64,000 nt of DNA from Candidatus Latescibacterota bacterium. Its GTDB lineage: Bacteria; Latescibacterota; UBA2968; GCA-2709665. The stretch is from contig CBDDDZ010000004.1 of assembly GCA_965226795.1 (NCBI GenBank), positions 1 to 64,000 on the forward strand. Reading direction: 5' to 3'. The notes beneath the pieces were generated by a model. That model saw only the letters and a list, made by a program, of their open reading frames with translations. It made no database searches and had not been told where the DNA came from. Positions 49,446 to 61,161 of the stretch are shown here, in pieces. Within the stretch, counting starts at the first letter, position 1. Each line of letters begins with the position of its first letter. The position numbers were made by a program, and so were the translations under genes.

Positions 49446-50828
49446 ATGACATCCCAACCGAACCGGGTCCGCCAGGCTGTCTTCTGTGCAGTCCTTTTCC
49501 TGTTGTGCGTTCGGACTGCCTTGACTGCCAGTCCCGATGGGTCATTTGCGGATGTTGCCAGGCTGGTAAGGCCCGTGGTTGTCAGCATCTCCGCCAACAG
49601 TACTTACGGCAAAGAGATCTTCCGTACAGGGCTGCGCCAGGGCCCTTCGGCGTTGCGTTACGGATCCGGCTTTGTCCTGGACGACACCGGGCATATCCTG
49701 ACGAGCAACCACGTCATAGAAGGTGCCATAAGTATTCAAGTTGGCTTTTTCGACGGCACGGAATATGCCGTCGAAATTGTCGGACAGGATCCCGACACCG
49801 ACCTCGCACTCTTACGGCTTCTTTCAGCAGCCCCGATCGATCGTTCGCGTATTGCCCGGCTTGGCACCTCCGATTCCGTAAAGGTCGGTGACTGGGTGAT
49901 GGCCGTCGGCAGTCCTTTCGGCTTTCATCATACAGTCAGCGTCGGTGTAATCAGCGCCAAGGGGCGTCATCTGGAACGAATCCAGGGCGATATAACCGCA
50001 CCGCCCTTTCAGAATTTTTTGCAGACGGACGCGTCCATCAATCCCGGCAATAGCGGCGGGCCCCTGGTGAATAGCGCCGGGCGGGTTGTAGGCGTAAACA
50101 CCGCGTACAATCCCGCAGGATCCGGCATCGGGTTCGCCATTCCGATCGACGTTGCCGGAAGGGTTGCGGCACAACTCCGCCAACACGGAGAGGTCATCCG
50201 GGGATATCTGGGAATTCATCCCCAGGATGTCACGCCCGATCTTGCCGACGCGCTGGAAATGGACTCGACTTCGGGCATACTGATCGGGGAAGTTCAGGCG
50301 GACGGCCCGGCGGAGCGGAGCGGCCTCAAAAGAGGCGACATCATCAGGACGCTCGACGCCGAAGCCATCATCAATACCAAAGATTTTCTGAACAGGATTA
50401 CTAAGTATCGTCCAGGGGAATCCGTTGCGCTTTCCGTCCTTCGTGCCGGCATACCGTTGAGGATCTCCTGTACTCTCGGCCGGCGGCGGAAGCTGCCACG
50501 GCCACCCGATCGATTTCGATCCGACATTACAAATTGGCCCGGGCTTGAGGTCAGAAATCGCTCAGATTGGGAAAGCGGCCGCCTGCAAGCGTCCAGAACC
50601 GGATCCGGCGTTGTAGTACACTACGTCGCGCCCGGAAGTCCGGCGGGAAAAAAAGAAATTGAACGCGGCGATGCGATCCTTGAAATCGACGGTGTTACCA
50701 TCTCAAGCGTCGGAGACTATCGCAAGATGGTTGAAAAGATTGAGGGGGCTGTCAGACCGGGCCTCTTCCTGATCTTGAAAAAGGACGATGGCAACACGCG
50801 ATTCGTTGCCCTCCGACCGGGACCTTGA
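49446..50828 (+). CDS. DegP/HtrA serine protease with two PDZ domains
   Basis: TSNHVI, DLALL, INPGNSGGPL. Confidence 0.95.
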   Translation: MTSQPNRVRQAVFCAVLFLLCVRTALTASPDGSFADVARLVRPVVVSISANSTYGKEIFRTGLRQGPSALRYGSGFVLDDTGHILTSNHVIEGAISIQVGFFDGTEYAVEIVGQDPDTDLALLRLLSAAPIDRSRIARLGTSDSVKVGDWVMAVGSPFGFHHTVSVGVISAKGRHLERIQGDITAPPFQNFLQTDASINPGNSGGPLVNSAGRVVGVNTAYNPAGSGIGFAIPIDVAGRVAAQLRQHGEVIRGYLGIHPQDVTPDLADALEMDSTSGILIGEVQADGPAERSGLKRGDIIRTLDAEAIINTKDFLNRITKYRPGESVALSVLRAGIPLRISCTLGRRRKLPRPPDRFRSDITNWPGLEVRNRSDWESGRLQASRTGSGVVVHYVAPGSPAGKKEIERGDAILEIDGVTISSVGDYRKMVEKIEGAVRPGLFLILKKDDGNTRFVALRPGP

Positions 50829-51065
50829 TTCCTCTTCAGTTATCTGCTGAAGTTCATCCGACCGTCTGAAAGGAGGCCAATCTTTATGTAGCGCACGCTT
50901 CTCTCTTCAGTAACCACATCACGATCAGCAAGGTTCGCTACGGACAGTCTTAATCCCCTTCGAGAAACTCAGTCGCATCTCCCGAACTGATTTCTCGGCT
51001 CACAGTCCGGCTCCGAGACCCCGGCCAACTGAACCGACCTCCCCGGTCCAACGAAAGGCTGACGA

Positions 51066-51923
51066 GTGTCTAAGCTAGCCAAAAGGCCCTACGCGCGCGA
51101 AGATGAATCCTTAGATCAGTACCTTCAAGAAATCGGCGAAGTCGATCTTCTCACGGCAGACCAAGAAGTCTCCCTCGCCAAAAGAATCAAAAAGGGCGAC
51201 CAGGATGCCCTCGAAGAGTTGACCAAAGCCAATCTGAGATTTGTTGTCAGCGTTGCCAAACAATACCAGAACCAGGGTCTCTCAATGGGAGACCTGATCA
51301 ACGAGGGAAATCTGGGCCTGATAAAAGCTGCCAAACGCTTTGACGAAACAAAGGGCTTCAAGTTTATCTCCTATGCCGTCTGGTGGATCAGACAGGCCAT
51401 CCTCCAGGCTCTTGCCGAGCAGTCCAGAATTGTACGGTTGCCCCTGAACAGGGTGGGCGCTCTGCACAAAATCGGCAAGGCATCCAGCGGGCTGGAGCAG
51501 GAATTCGGACGAGAGCCCAGCCCCAGCGAAATCGCCGACGAACTTGAAATGAGTGACTATGAGGTGATGGATACGCTCAAGATCTCCAGCCGTCACCTTT
51601 CACTGGACGCCCCGTTCAGCGAAAGTGAAGACAACAGTCTGCTGGATATTCTCGAAGATCAGTTGCAACCGCCGCCCGATGAATCGCTCATCGACGATTC
51701 ACTTCACCGTGAAGTTGAAAGGGCGCTGGCAACCCTCACTCCCCGGGAAGCCGAAGTGATTAGCCTTTACTTTGGCATCAACCGGGAGCACCCGCTCACC
51801 CTGGAAGAAATCGGCGAACGTTTCGGATTGACCCGCGAGCGGGTACGCCAGATTAAAGAAAAAGCCATTAACCGGCTACGCCACAACTCCAGAAGCCGCC
51901 CCCTAAAGGCATATCTTCACTGA
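51066..51923 (+). CDS. RNA polymerase sigma factor, RpoD/SigA family, short form lacking region 1.1
   Basis: [40 protein letters not shown]. Confidence 0.96.
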   Translation: MSKLAKRPYAREDESLDQYLQEIGEVDLLTADQEVSLAKRIKKGDQDALEELTKANLRFVVSVAKQYQNQGLSMGDLINEGNLGLIKAAKRFDETKGFKFISYAVWWIRQAILQALAEQSRIVRLPLNRVGALHKIGKASSGLEQEFGREPSPSEIADELEMSDYEVMDTLKISSRHLSLDAPFSESEDNSLLDILEDQLQPPPDESLIDDSLHREVERALATLTPREAEVISLYFGINREHPLTLEEIGERFGLTRERVRQIKEKAINRLRHNSRSRPLKAYLH

Positions 51924-51938
51924 AAACGCCATCCTGAC

Positions 51939-51979
51939 AAAGCCACAGCCAACGTAGCCCGAGGGCTGTGGCTTTTTTT
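51939..51979 (+). terminator. Intrinsic terminator
   Basis: aaagccacagcc / ggctgtggcttt stem followed by a T run. Confidence 0.85.
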
Positions 51980-52014
51980 GTTCGGGTGGATGATATGGTC
52001 TCGCCCGCCGGCGC

Positions 52015-52043
52015 TTGACGGAACCCCGCATAACATATACATT
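52015..52043 (+). promoter_or_regulatory. Putative sigma70 promoter
   Basis: TTGACG-17 nt-TACATT. Confidence 0.5.
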
Positions 52044-52106
52044 TGGAGACCTTGGAGACCTCCACGAACCGTTCAAATTCCTCTTTCACCGAAAGGATTC
52101 AGACCC

Positions 52107-52358
52107 ATGTCGAACAACAAATCGTTAAAGTTGCTGCTGGTTGTTGTCGCATTCCTGCTGCTTGCCAACCTGGTCCGGCCGCTCTGGTCGCCTGGCACGG
52201 CCCATGCCCAGAGTGAGGGGGCGGTCCCCGGTGTCGCCATTACCGGCGCGGGCCAGAGCGCCTGGATTCTGAAGGGCAGTAACGTCTACTATGCAATCTA
52301 CGAAAAGCCGTACGAATCCATCCGCATCTACGGTCCCGAAGAACTGCCGGAAGAATGA
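52107..52358 (+). CDS. Small secreted or membrane-anchored hypothetical protein
   Basis: GAAAGGA RBS; hydrophobic N-terminus ending AHA-Q. Confidence 0.7.
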   Translation: MSNNKSLKLLLVVVAFLLLANLVRPLWSPGTAHAQSEGAVPGVAITGAGQSAWILKGSNVYYAIYEKPYESIRIYGPEELPEE

Positions 52359-52445
52359 TCAGCGCCATGGGTCGTCATTCGGTATCACCGAAGAGCCGGT
52401 ATTGTCGCCCCGAATCTCCTCCGATCCACATAGCCTGAGGCATCC

Positions 52446-54890
52446 ATGAGGACCTTCCGGGATCAGAACCGGCTCATCGGTACCCTGGTTTTTCTGATCA
52501 CGTGTTTCGTCTACATTCGAACCGTTGCGCCCACGGTCACCTTCTGGGACACCGGCGAATTCATCGCGGCCTCGTACATCCTGGGCGTTCCCCATCCTCC
52601 CGGCGCGCCGTTTCATACCCTGCTGGGCCGTATTTTCACGCTTTTCGCGAATCCCGAAAACGTCGCCTTCAGCGTAAACCTGATTTCGGTCCTTGCAGGC
52701 GCCGCCACGGCCCTCCTGCTATACCTCTGCAGCGTTCGCCTCCTCACCCGGTGGCTCAGACCCGGGCGAATATCCGACCGCATCGCCATCCTGACCGGCG
52801 GCGCGGTTGCCGCTCTTTCAGCGGCGTTTTCCACCTCTGTCTGGGCAAATGCCACCGAGGCCGAAGTCTACGCGCTGTCCATGCTTTTCACCGTCCTGGC
52901 GTTCTACCTTGCCCTGCGCTGGGACGGCGCGCCTGAAGACAGGTATCGCGACCGCCTGCTCATATTCATTGTCTACCTGTTCTTTCTGGGCGCCGGCGTG
53001 CATCTACAATGCCTGCTCACCGTGCCTGGAATCCTCATCCTGGTCTTCTCCGACCTGCTCAAGGGTCGGCCCGTTTCCGTGCAGGTGGCCGTTGTCATCG
53101 GGGTCACGATATTTCCCTTTCTGTGCATTCTCTTTCCTGTAGAGGTCACCGTTGTCCTGGTTCTGGCCCTACTCACCGGCCTTTTGCTCCTGCGTCCGGC
53201 CTGGCGTCATCCGGCTTTCTGGCTGTGCGCCGTGGGTACGATCGTCCTCGGGTATTCCACCTACGTCATGCTTTACATCCGCTCGGGGCTGAATCCCTTT
53301 GTGGATATGAACAATCCCGAGACCCTCGAAAATTTCAAAGCCTTTCTCACCCGCCAGCAATACGGCGTCCACAGCATCTTCCCCCGACGGGGAGATTTCT
53401 GGGCTTTTCAGCTGAACATCCACATCAAATATTTCCTTCAGCAATTCCCGTTTTATGACCAGGGGCTTGTCGGCCGCTTTTTCTCGGATACACTGCCGTC
53501 ATTCACGGGACGTTTTCCCATCGGCGAGATGCTGTCCGGGACGTTCCGGCGGGCGGTCGCCACGATGGACGACAACCTGGAGACCATCGCGTATTCGGTT
53601 GTACCTATTTTCCTGGGTATCGGCGGAGCGGTCAGCCACCTCCGCAGAGACTGGAAGCGCTTCGCCAGCGTCTTCGCCATGTTTCTGCTTATGGGACTTG
53701 GACTGGTCATATACCTGAATATGCCGGACCCTGAACCCCGCGAACGGGAATACATCTTCGTCGGCGCGTATACGTTCTTCGGCCTGTGGATCGGGGGCGG
53801 GGCCGCCGCGCTCATCAGCGCCGTTGCGCGCGGTCACGCCGCGCTTCCTGCAGCCGCATTGGCCGCGGTTGTGTGTCTCCTCGTGCCAATCGGGCTTCTG
53901 CAGAACAACTACTTCGAACGCGACCGCAGCGGAGACTTCATCGCTCACGACTACGCCTCAAATATACTGAGTTCCTGCGAGCCCGACGCCATCCTCTTCA
54001 CCAACGGAGACAACGACACCTATCCGTTGTGGTTCCTGCAATATGTCGAGGGCTTCCGCCGGGATGTCCGGGTGGTCAACCTGAGCCTGCTCAAAACCCC
54101 ATGGTACGTCAAACAACTGCGCGACCTGGAACCCAGACTACCCATTCCGCTCACCGATGAACGAATTGAGTCCGAGGTCGTCGCCCGCCGGTGGGAGTAT
54201 GAAAGTGACATTCAACTCGCAGAGGGAGCCGTTGTGGTCAAGGCCGAAGACATACCGCTCACCCAAATACCAATGGCCGGCCGGCGCATACCCATCCTTG
54301 AATCCCACACCTTCATGATCTGGTACCTGTTGTCAAAATACGACTGGCAGCGCCCGATATATTTCGCGGTTACCGTTCCCGAACGCAACATGGGCGGCCT
54401 TCGGTCCTATCTCTCAATGGAAGGCATGGTGTACCGTCTCGTCAGGCAGCACGCCCCCGGACAATTCGACGCCGGATTGACCTCACGGCATCTGCTTGAA
54501 AACTATCGCTATTCGGGAATCTCGGACAGTACTATCTACAAGGACCCGGTGGCCCAGCGCCTCATCAGCAATTACCTGGTTATCTTCGAAGGCCTCGTGC
54601 GAGCGATGCATCTCCAGAACCGGCCGTCCGAAGCCCTTCGAATCATCAAGGTCGCGGAGAGCACCATCCCTCCCGAAGCCGTAGGCCAGGAGGTGTGGTA
54701 CTCGCTAATGCACGACAGTTACCGGCAGCTTGCGGTCAGCTTTCTGCGGGCCGGAAAGAAGGACAGTGCCAGCCTCTGCCTGGAAGAACTGATTCGAATC
54801 AATCCCTACGAGCAAGAGCGTAAGCGCCTCCGTGAGCACATACAATCCTTGGAGGCCCCGGCCGAATCGACCGATGCGCCCGGCAGGTAG
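52446..54890 (+). CDS. DUF2723 (TMEM260-like) GT-C glycosyltransferase
   Basis: FWDTGEFIA..LGVPHPPGAP, EAEVYA, REREY, FTNGDNDTYPLW. Confidence 0.9.
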   Translation: MRTFRDQNRLIGTLVFLITCFVYIRTVAPTVTFWDTGEFIAASYILGVPHPPGAPFHTLLGRIFTLFANPENVAFSVNLISVLAGAATALLLYLCSVRLLTRWLRPGRISDRIAILTGGAVAALSAAFSTSVWANATEAEVYALSMLFTVLAFYLALRWDGAPEDRYRDRLLIFIVYLFFLGAGVHLQCLLTVPGILILVFSDLLKGRPVSVQVAVVIGVTIFPFLCILFPVEVTVVLVLALLTGLLLLRPAWRHPAFWLCAVGTIVLGYSTYVMLYIRSGLNPFVDMNNPETLENFKAFLTRQQYGVHSIFPRRGDFWAFQLNIHIKYFLQQFPFYDQGLVGRFFSDTLPSFTGRFPIGEMLSGTFRRAVATMDDNLETIAYSVVPIFLGIGGAVSHLRRDWKRFASVFAMFLLMGLGLVIYLNMPDPEPREREYIFVGAYTFFGLWIGGGAAALISAVARGHAALPAAALAAVVCLLVPIGLLQNNYFERDRSGDFIAHDYASNILSSCEPDAILFTNGDNDTYPLWFLQYVEGFRRDVRVVNLSLLKTPWYVKQLRDLEPRLPIPLTDERIESEVVARRWEYESDIQLAEGAVVVKAEDIPLTQIPMAGRRIPILESHTFMIWYLLSKYDWQRPIYFAVTVPERNMGGLRSYLSMEGMVYRLVRQHAPGQFDAGLTSRHLLENYRYSGISDSTIYKDPVAQRLISNYLVIFEGLVRAMHLQNRPSEALRIIKVAESTIPPEAVGQEVWYSLMHDSYRQLAVSFLRAGKKDSASLCLEELIRINPYEQERKRLREHIQSLEAPAESTDAPGR

Positions 54891-54921
54891 ACGAACACAT
54901 AAAGCTCTCCAGAAAATAACG

Positions 54922-54950
54922 GGGCCGCCTTATTATTCAGGCGGCCCTTT
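54922..54950. terminator. Hairpin between convergent genes
   Basis: gggccgcct-8 nt-aggcggccc. Confidence 0.7.
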
Positions 54951-54999
54951 CGTGTGACAATTCTTAATCCAGCGTAACCAAAACGCCCGCCGACCCATC

Positions 55000-55668
55000 C
55001 TAGACCCAATTGAACCGACGAGTGTGCCAGCGCATCACCAGGTACCCTGCAATGAACCCGCCGATGTGGGCATACCAGGCCACGCCGCCCGAATCGGCCG
55101 AAGCGCTCACCAGCTGGATGATAAACCAGACGCCAAGCACCAGCAGCGCGGGCACACGCACGATCTGGATAAAAAACAGCAGAAAAACGAAAACATGCAC
55201 CCTGGCGCCCGGAAAGCGCGCCAGATAGGCCCCGAGGATGCCTGCTATCGCTCCGCTGGCGCCCACCATGGGTGTTGTCGAGTCCGGATCCGAGAGAACG
55301 TGGCCAAGCGCAGCCGCCACACCACAGAAAACGTAGAACAGCAAAAACCGCAACCGCCCCAGCGTATCTTCGACGTTGTTCCCGAAAATCCAGAGATAGA
55401 GCATGTTGCCGCCCAGGTGCATCCAGCCACCGTGCAGGAACATAGCCGTCAAGAACGTGAGATAGAGTGGAATCGGCGTTGGCGATATGGCATCCACGCC
55501 ATGGGTGACTTCAAAGGGAATCAGACCCATCCGAAGCGTAAATACGTCGAAACCGATGGATCCCAGGGCAATGGAATAAAAAAAGACGCCCACGTTCAGC
55601 AGCAGGATGCTCACCGTCAACACCGGGGCGCGGCGTGTCGGATTGTCATCTTTGATCGGGAGTATCAT
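55000..55668 (-). CDS. Rhomboid intramembrane serine protease
   Basis: HLGGNM, GASG, AHIGG. Confidence 0.95.
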   Translation of the reverse strand: MILPIKDDNPTRRAPVLTVSILLLNVGVFFYSIALGSIGFDVFTLRMGLIPFEVTHGVDAISPTPIPLYLTFLTAMFLHGGWMHLGGNMLYLWIFGNNVEDTLGRLRFLLFYVFCGVAAALGHVLSDPDSTTPMVGASGAIAGILGAYLARFPGARVHVFVFLLFFIQIVRVPALLVLGVWFIIQLVSASADSGGVAWYAHIGGFIAGYLVMRWHTRRFNWV

Positions 55669-55772
55669 CCCTGTTTCAACTCGCGTCTGAAATTCAACTC
55701 TCGTGTGATGTCCCGGTCGCAGAGCGCCCGACCGGACGTCGAATCTACGGGCTCCCGATGGGCGACGATCGC

Positions 55773-58052
55773 TTACCGCACAGTGAACGAACGCACCGCC
55801 CGGGCCCGGTTACCGGAGGCGTCCGTCACCGCTACCTCCAACTTGTGACTTCCAGCCGTGAGCGGCTGCCTGGGCCGGGCTGTCACCTGACCCGCTTCGG
55901 GGTCATATTCCGCGATCAACCGCTGTCCGTCCAGGCGCATAAGAATATCCTCCTCCCGCCGGATGCCCGAACCCGAGTCGCGAATCCTGGCGGCAAGTTC
56001 CGGGCGTCTGTCTGCAACCTTCGCGTGCGACTCCGGCCGCAGAATTCTCACGCGGGGAGGGGTCTCGTCCAGCAACAGCGCATACGTGGAGAAACTCGGA
56101 ACCTCCGCAGCCACGGCGCGGCGCTTCGGAACGGCGCGGTTGCCCACAAATACCCAGGTTCTCCCCTTGGTTAACCGATAGATACCCAATCGCTCCGGCC
56201 GGCTGAAGTCCGCCGGGTATCGGAGGACGATTTCGGCCTTGCGCCGGAACGGCACATCCTCCGGTGCAAACCGGTAACGCGATCCAACCAGCGGCAGACC
56301 CTTCGCCCCCTTCCCCGGGGTGGGCGCGATTCGTCCGAAGAAAGGCCGGTAGACTTCGTCGGCGTCGAAGCGTGCCTCCGCCATGCCGTCCGGCGAGCGC
56401 ACGACCCCACCCGATCTGCGCACTGGTGTCTGGACCAGGCGAACCTCACGGCGCCCGGTATTGCCTTTAAGATCCACCCCGGACAGGACTGCTCCAACTT
56501 CGCCGTCCACTGCCGGATCGAAATTTACCACGGCTTCGTAGTGGTAAAGGCTACGCTGAAAGACCTCCGGCGTCGTTTCTCCGTTCGAGGGCCACCGCAG
56601 CGTAACCCCCGGCGCCGCCGACAACAGCCGGTTGGAAACTATCTTCAATACGGCGAAGTCGGGATAATAACGCACGGTGCATTCCAGCAGGTCTCCCTGG
56701 GTTACGCTCTCCGATGCCATAAGGGGCGTACAGACCTGGAAGCCCTCCGACTCGAAACTGTCCTGGCAGCGTACCTTGTAGACCGCATTGGGGGTGTGGG
56801 CGAATTCCACGTCAACCCGGCCGGACCCATCCACTTCGACACCGCGTACAAGATGCCAGGATCGGCCGCCATTCAGAGACCGTTCCACGAAGACCTTTTG
56901 TAAATTCTCGTCAAGTACCCTTGCCCGCACCCGAACCGAACGGCCATTCATTTTCGCGCGGGCGTCCAGTACGCGTGGTACTGTATTGACGATCACCTCA
57001 AGATCCGCGCGTGATCGGTTACCGGCCGCGTCTTCAACCAGCACCCGGATGCGATTCCTCCCGGGGTTAAGCGCGACGCCACGACCCGAGGGCGGAATCC
57101 CCGCATACAGGACCCCGTCTCCCACCCTGTACTTCCCGTACATAGGAAGCTGATTGCCGTCAGACCGGTACAAGTTGTGATATATGCCGGCGCCGCGTAT
57201 TTTCAGAACAAAATTGCGATCCAGTTCCACCTGGTTCACCTGGTCGTACCCGAAAATTGTGTATCTGGTTTCGAAAACTTCCCGTTCGTTTACGAACAGC
57301 CTCAACCGGTACGGAGCGAAGCGGTTGCTAAGCACGGTGGCGTCGGCCTGATCGTACGTCTTCACACTCACGCCGATGCGCCCGGCGATCATTGGCACGC
57401 TCCGTGCAACGTAGCGCTTCAGTTTGGGGCGCCACTGCAAGCCGAACGTCGCGGGATCCATCCCATCCGAAACCCGCGATTCAACGTCCATGGGGATTAA
57501 AGCGAGGGACTGTACGGTAGGTGCAACGGTATCCTTCACCTCGAATCCGTGGAGCAACCCGTTGATCGGCCGCTGATTTTCATCGCGAATCTCAAAATGC
57601 AGATGCGGAACGCCGCTGCCGGTACTGCCGGAATATCCTACAGTTTCACCGCGTTTAACCTGAATCTGGTTTGGCTTAAAGAAAAGATTGACGCTATAAG
57701 AGCCCCGTCGTGCCTGTTCCGCCTCGACAACCGCCTGAACCTCGGGTGCAAACCCCGAAAGATGCGCATAGACCGCCGTCCGACCGTCTTGCAGTCTGAT
57801 ATAGACCACTTTCCCATATCCCCACGGCGAGGTACGCACGCGCCAGACGTACCCGTCGTCCACCGCCAGCACCGGGTAACCTTCCTTCCCCCACGTCTTG
57901 AAATCCAGCCCCGCGTGGAAGCGTCGCGGCCGATATTCTCCAAAGGAAGAGTTAAGCGCGGGTGGCGCCGCCATTGGCCAATGGTAATCCACGGCTTCCG
58001 CGATGCCGGAATCCGCAAGGCAAAGCAACCATATCAACAGGATCGCACACAT
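55773..58052 (-). CDS. M23 family metallopeptidase with C-terminal Ig-like domains
   Basis: HAGLD, YAHL, PHLHFE. Confidence 0.9.
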   Translation of the reverse strand: MCAILLIWLLCLADSGIAEAVDYHWPMAAPPALNSSFGEYRPRRFHAGLDFKTWGKEGYPVLAVDDGYVWRVRTSPWGYGKVVYIRLQDGRTAVYAHLSGFAPEVQAVVEAEQARRGSYSVNLFFKPNQIQVKRGETVGYSGSTGSGVPHLHFEIRDENQRPINGLLHGFEVKDTVAPTVQSLALIPMDVESRVSDGMDPATFGLQWRPKLKRYVARSVPMIAGRIGVSVKTYDQADATVLSNRFAPYRLRLFVNEREVFETRYTIFGYDQVNQVELDRNFVLKIRGAGIYHNLYRSDGNQLPMYGKYRVGDGVLYAGIPPSGRGVALNPGRNRIRVLVEDAAGNRSRADLEVIVNTVPRVLDARAKMNGRSVRVRARVLDENLQKVFVERSLNGGRSWHLVRGVEVDGSGRVDVEFAHTPNAVYKVRCQDSFESEGFQVCTPLMASESVTQGDLLECTVRYYPDFAVLKIVSNRLLSAAPGVTLRWPSNGETTPEVFQRSLYHYEAVVNFDPAVDGEVGAVLSGVDLKGNTGRREVRLVQTPVRRSGGVVRSPDGMAEARFDADEVYRPFFGRIAPTPGKGAKGLPLVGSRYRFAPEDVPFRRKAEIVLRYPADFSRPERLGIYRLTKGRTWVFVGNRAVPKRRAVAAEVPSFSTYALLLDETPPRVRILRPESHAKVADRRPELAARIRDSGSGIRREEDILMRLDGQRLIAEYDPEAGQVTARPRQPLTAGSHKLEVAVTDASGNRARAVRSFTVR

Positions 58053-58329
58053 CGTTGTCAGACCTCCACGCCCCGCGTTGTGAGCGGTTGTTTCTTCCGG
58101 ATCAGGTGCGACTCAGTATAGGTATTTTGTCCACCAGGGTCAAGCACGCACCGGCTTTTCCCAACGAATAAAAAAACTTGCCTGTAAACCCGCCTTCCTA
58201 TAATTTATCGTATTGGTATGTAGTCATTCGAAAAATTCCGAGCCGGAATTTTCACATCGGGCCGTTGTCGGGGGCGGCCGCCGCCCTCAAATGCTGCCTT
58301 CTTTCCATCCACCGGAGGGTGTTTATCCC

Positions 58330-60150
58330 ATGCTTAAAAACCTGCGCAACGTGGTCCTGATCAAAGCGATGATGTGGATCGTGGCCATTTCCTTCGTGGC
58401 GCTGATGGTCTTCGACTGGGGCGCGGGCGGAATGACCTGCGCCGGGCCAGGAGATACCGTGGGTGCAATCAACGGTTACAAGATCACCCACCCGCAATTC
58501 GTCGAAGCCCTCCGTGACGCCTCAAGCCAGGCCAAAGCCCGGAACAGTGCCGATCCGGAGGAGAGCCAGCTCATCCGCCAGATCTGGGACCAGATGGTCG
58601 CCCAGATCCTCTACGCCCAGCAGATTGAAGAACACGACATCGCGGTCTCCGATACGGAGGTCAACTTTATCAACCGGAATCAGCCAGTTGAATGGGTACG
58701 GAACCAGGAAGTCTTTCAGACCGATGGCAAATTCGATCCGGAGAAATACGGCAGGTTCCTGGACGACCCTGGTACGTACGCAAGTCCGGAAAGAAGGCAG
58801 TTCGTACTCAGCGCCGAATACGCCGTCCGACAGGCCGTGCTTGTCAGCAAGCTCCAGGAGATGGTCGCCGGAGGGGTGAGGATCACGTCGGCGGAGGTTC
58901 GAGAAGCATTCGTGCGGCAGAAAGAGAAAGTCCGCGTCGCCTACGCAGTCATCGAGGCGTATTCGATCGCCGACTCGCTGGTTTCCGTCTCGGACGACCA
59001 GATTCAGGCCTATTACGACGGCCACCTGGACGAATTTCATCGGGAAGCGTCCGTCAATGCTTCCTTTGTTGCCTTCGAAAAGAAACCTTCCGTGGCCGAT
59101 GAATCCAGTGCCGAAGCCCAAATCCGCGATCTGCTCGCCGAGATCCGCGCCGGAGGGGACTTTGCCGCGCTGGCCGAAAGCAACTCCGACGATCCCGGCA
59201 GCGCGGAACGAGGCGGGGATCTGGGGTTCTTCGGGCGTGGACGGATGCTCAAGCCCTTTGAGGACGCGGCCTTTTCTCTCGAACCGGGTGAAATCTCAGA
59301 ACCCTTACGGACCCAGTTCGGATGGCATATCCTCAAGGTCGAACAACGCAAAGGCGAGGGAGATGAGCTCCAGGTCCGCGCCAGGCACATACTGCTGAAG
59401 ATCCGTCCGGGGAGGGACACGCTGGACAGCCTCCGTCTCGAAGCCGAACGCTTCCAGGAGCGCGCGGAAGAATCGGATTTCCTGACGGCGGTGGCCGAAC
59501 AGAACCTGCAGGCTAAAGATACCGGTTTCATCACGGCCGGCGGCTTCTTCCCCATGTTGGGCAATCGGACGTCCGGGTTGGTCAATTCCTTCCTCAACGC
59601 TTCACCGGGCAAGATTTTAAACACTTACGAAACCGAACAGGGCATCTATGTCTTCACCCTCGTGGCCACGCGCGAAGCAGGTCCACAACCACTGGACGAG
59701 GTCAACAATCGAATTTCGACCAAACTCAAGACATCGGAGAAAGTCAACATTGCTTCGGCGCTTATTGCTCCATTGCTTGAGGACGTCCGGTCCGGAGAAA
59801 GCCTCAAAAACGCAGCGCGCGATCGCAATATTCGCTTCGCCGAGTCCAAACTCTTCAGCCGCGACGACTTCGTCCAGGGTGTCGGCCGCAGGAACGCATT
59901 TACCGGCAGGGCCTTCCGACTTGATGAGGGAACAACCAGCAGCGTGATTACCACGGACCGGGGCGCGTACGTACTGCAGTTGATGAAAAAAGAGCCGATT
60001 GACGAAGTCGAATTCAATGCGGAAGGGGCAAAACTGGTTCAGCGCCTGCGGGCGGAAAAACAGAACGAAGTCCTGGCGGCCTGGTTCAGCGATCTCAAAG
60101 AGCAGGCTGAAATCATCGACAATCGGCATCTCTTTTACCCGAACTTTTGA
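58330..60150 (+). CDS. PpiD/SurA-like parvulin peptidyl-prolyl isomerase
   Basis: N-terminal [28 protein letters not shown]. Confidence 0.9.
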   Translation: MLKNLRNVVLIKAMMWIVAISFVALMVFDWGAGGMTCAGPGDTVGAINGYKITHPQFVEALRDASSQAKARNSADPEESQLIRQIWDQMVAQILYAQQIEEHDIAVSDTEVNFINRNQPVEWVRNQEVFQTDGKFDPEKYGRFLDDPGTYASPERRQFVLSAEYAVRQAVLVSKLQEMVAGGVRITSAEVREAFVRQKEKVRVAYAVIEAYSIADSLVSVSDDQIQAYYDGHLDEFHREASVNASFVAFEKKPSVADESSAEAQIRDLLAEIRAGGDFAALAESNSDDPGSAERGGDLGFFGRGRMLKPFEDAAFSLEPGEISEPLRTQFGWHILKVEQRKGEGDELQVRARHILLKIRPGRDTLDSLRLEAERFQERAEESDFLTAVAEQNLQAKDTGFITAGGFFPMLGNRTSGLVNSFLNASPGKILNTYETEQGIYVFTLVATREAGPQPLDEVNNRISTKLKTSEKVNIASALIAPLLEDVRSGESLKNAARDRNIRFAESKLFSRDDFVQGVGRRNAFTGRAFRLDEGTTSSVITTDRGAYVLQLMKKEPIDEVEFNAEGAKLVQRLRAEKQNEVLAAWFSDLKEQAEIIDNRHLFYPNF

Positions 60151-60202
60151 GCGGTGCCCGGGTGAGCCTGCCCGCTCCTGATCCGTCGCCCGACCGCAGA
60201 GG

Positions 60203-60910
60203 ATGACTCGCGTGGCCGTTATTACCGTCTCACGCCAGCTCGGCAGTATTGGAGACTTGGTCGCTCGCCGGGCATCGGAAGTTCTCAGCTACGACTTCGT
60301 GGACAAGAACCTCATCACGGAAGTCGCGAGAGAAGCCAATGTGCCCGAATCCGAAGTCGAGAAATTCGACGAACAGGCACAAAGCGCGGTCAAACGCTTC
60401 ATTCACAGCCTGATCGTGCCGTCGCGGTCCGCTCCGACACCCCCCGCCATGCTCTGGGGGCTGGAGTTTCCCTACGAAGTATCGGCCGCGCTTCTGGCCA
60501 ACGACGCGACAGTCAACGAGGAAAAACACCTTCTGGACCAGCGGGACTATCTCAGATTTCTTCAGGCCACCGTCGATCGCCTCCGGAGACGTGACAAAAT
60601 CATCATCGTGGGTCGCGGCGGGCAGGCCATCCTTCGGGATGCGCCCAATACCCTGCATGTGCGCACCGTGGCCCCTCTTGAGAGACGCATCCAGGTCGTC
60701 ATGGAACGTCAAAACCTGCGAACGCGGAAAGAAGCCAGAGAACTGATTCAGAAAAGCGACAGACGCCGGGCCGCCTACCTTAGAGACAACTACCAAATCA
60801 ACTGGGACGATCCGACCCTCTATCACGTCATTGTGAATACCGGCCGTACATCCCTCGAATCCGCGGCCCGAATCATCCAGCATTCCGTCAATGCCCTCGG
60901 CGATGCCTGA
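60203..60910 (+). CDS. Cytidylate kinase-like family protein
   Basis: ITVSRQLGS, IIVGRGG, SDRRRAAY..YHVIVNT. Confidence 0.88.
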   Translation: MTRVAVITVSRQLGSIGDLVARRASEVLSYDFVDKNLITEVAREANVPESEVEKFDEQAQSAVKRFIHSLIVPSRSAPTPPAMLWGLEFPYEVSAALLANDATVNEEKHLLDQRDYLRFLQATVDRLRRRDKIIIVGRGGQAILRDAPNTLHVRTVAPLERRIQVVMERQNLRTRKEARELIQKSDRRRAAYLRDNYQINWDDPTLYHVIVNTGRTSLESAARIIQHSVNALGDA

Positions 60911-61161
60911 GAACCCCAACGGATGCCCCGCTCCTCCGTCTTCCGTCTGACGATAGAGCCGGACCGGTACAGACTCCATTTACGGCCTCCGAATCGCATC
61001 GAGAACCCGTTTTCTCTTTATCGGTCTCCGGTATTGCCCACGCTTTGTCCTTGACTTGCCCTCTCCGATCGTACATTCCTAACGCAAGCGCATTTCGCCA
61101 GGACGGCAAGTTCACCGCTGCCATCCCCGCCGATAACGTCGATAGCCCGAGGATTCTATCC

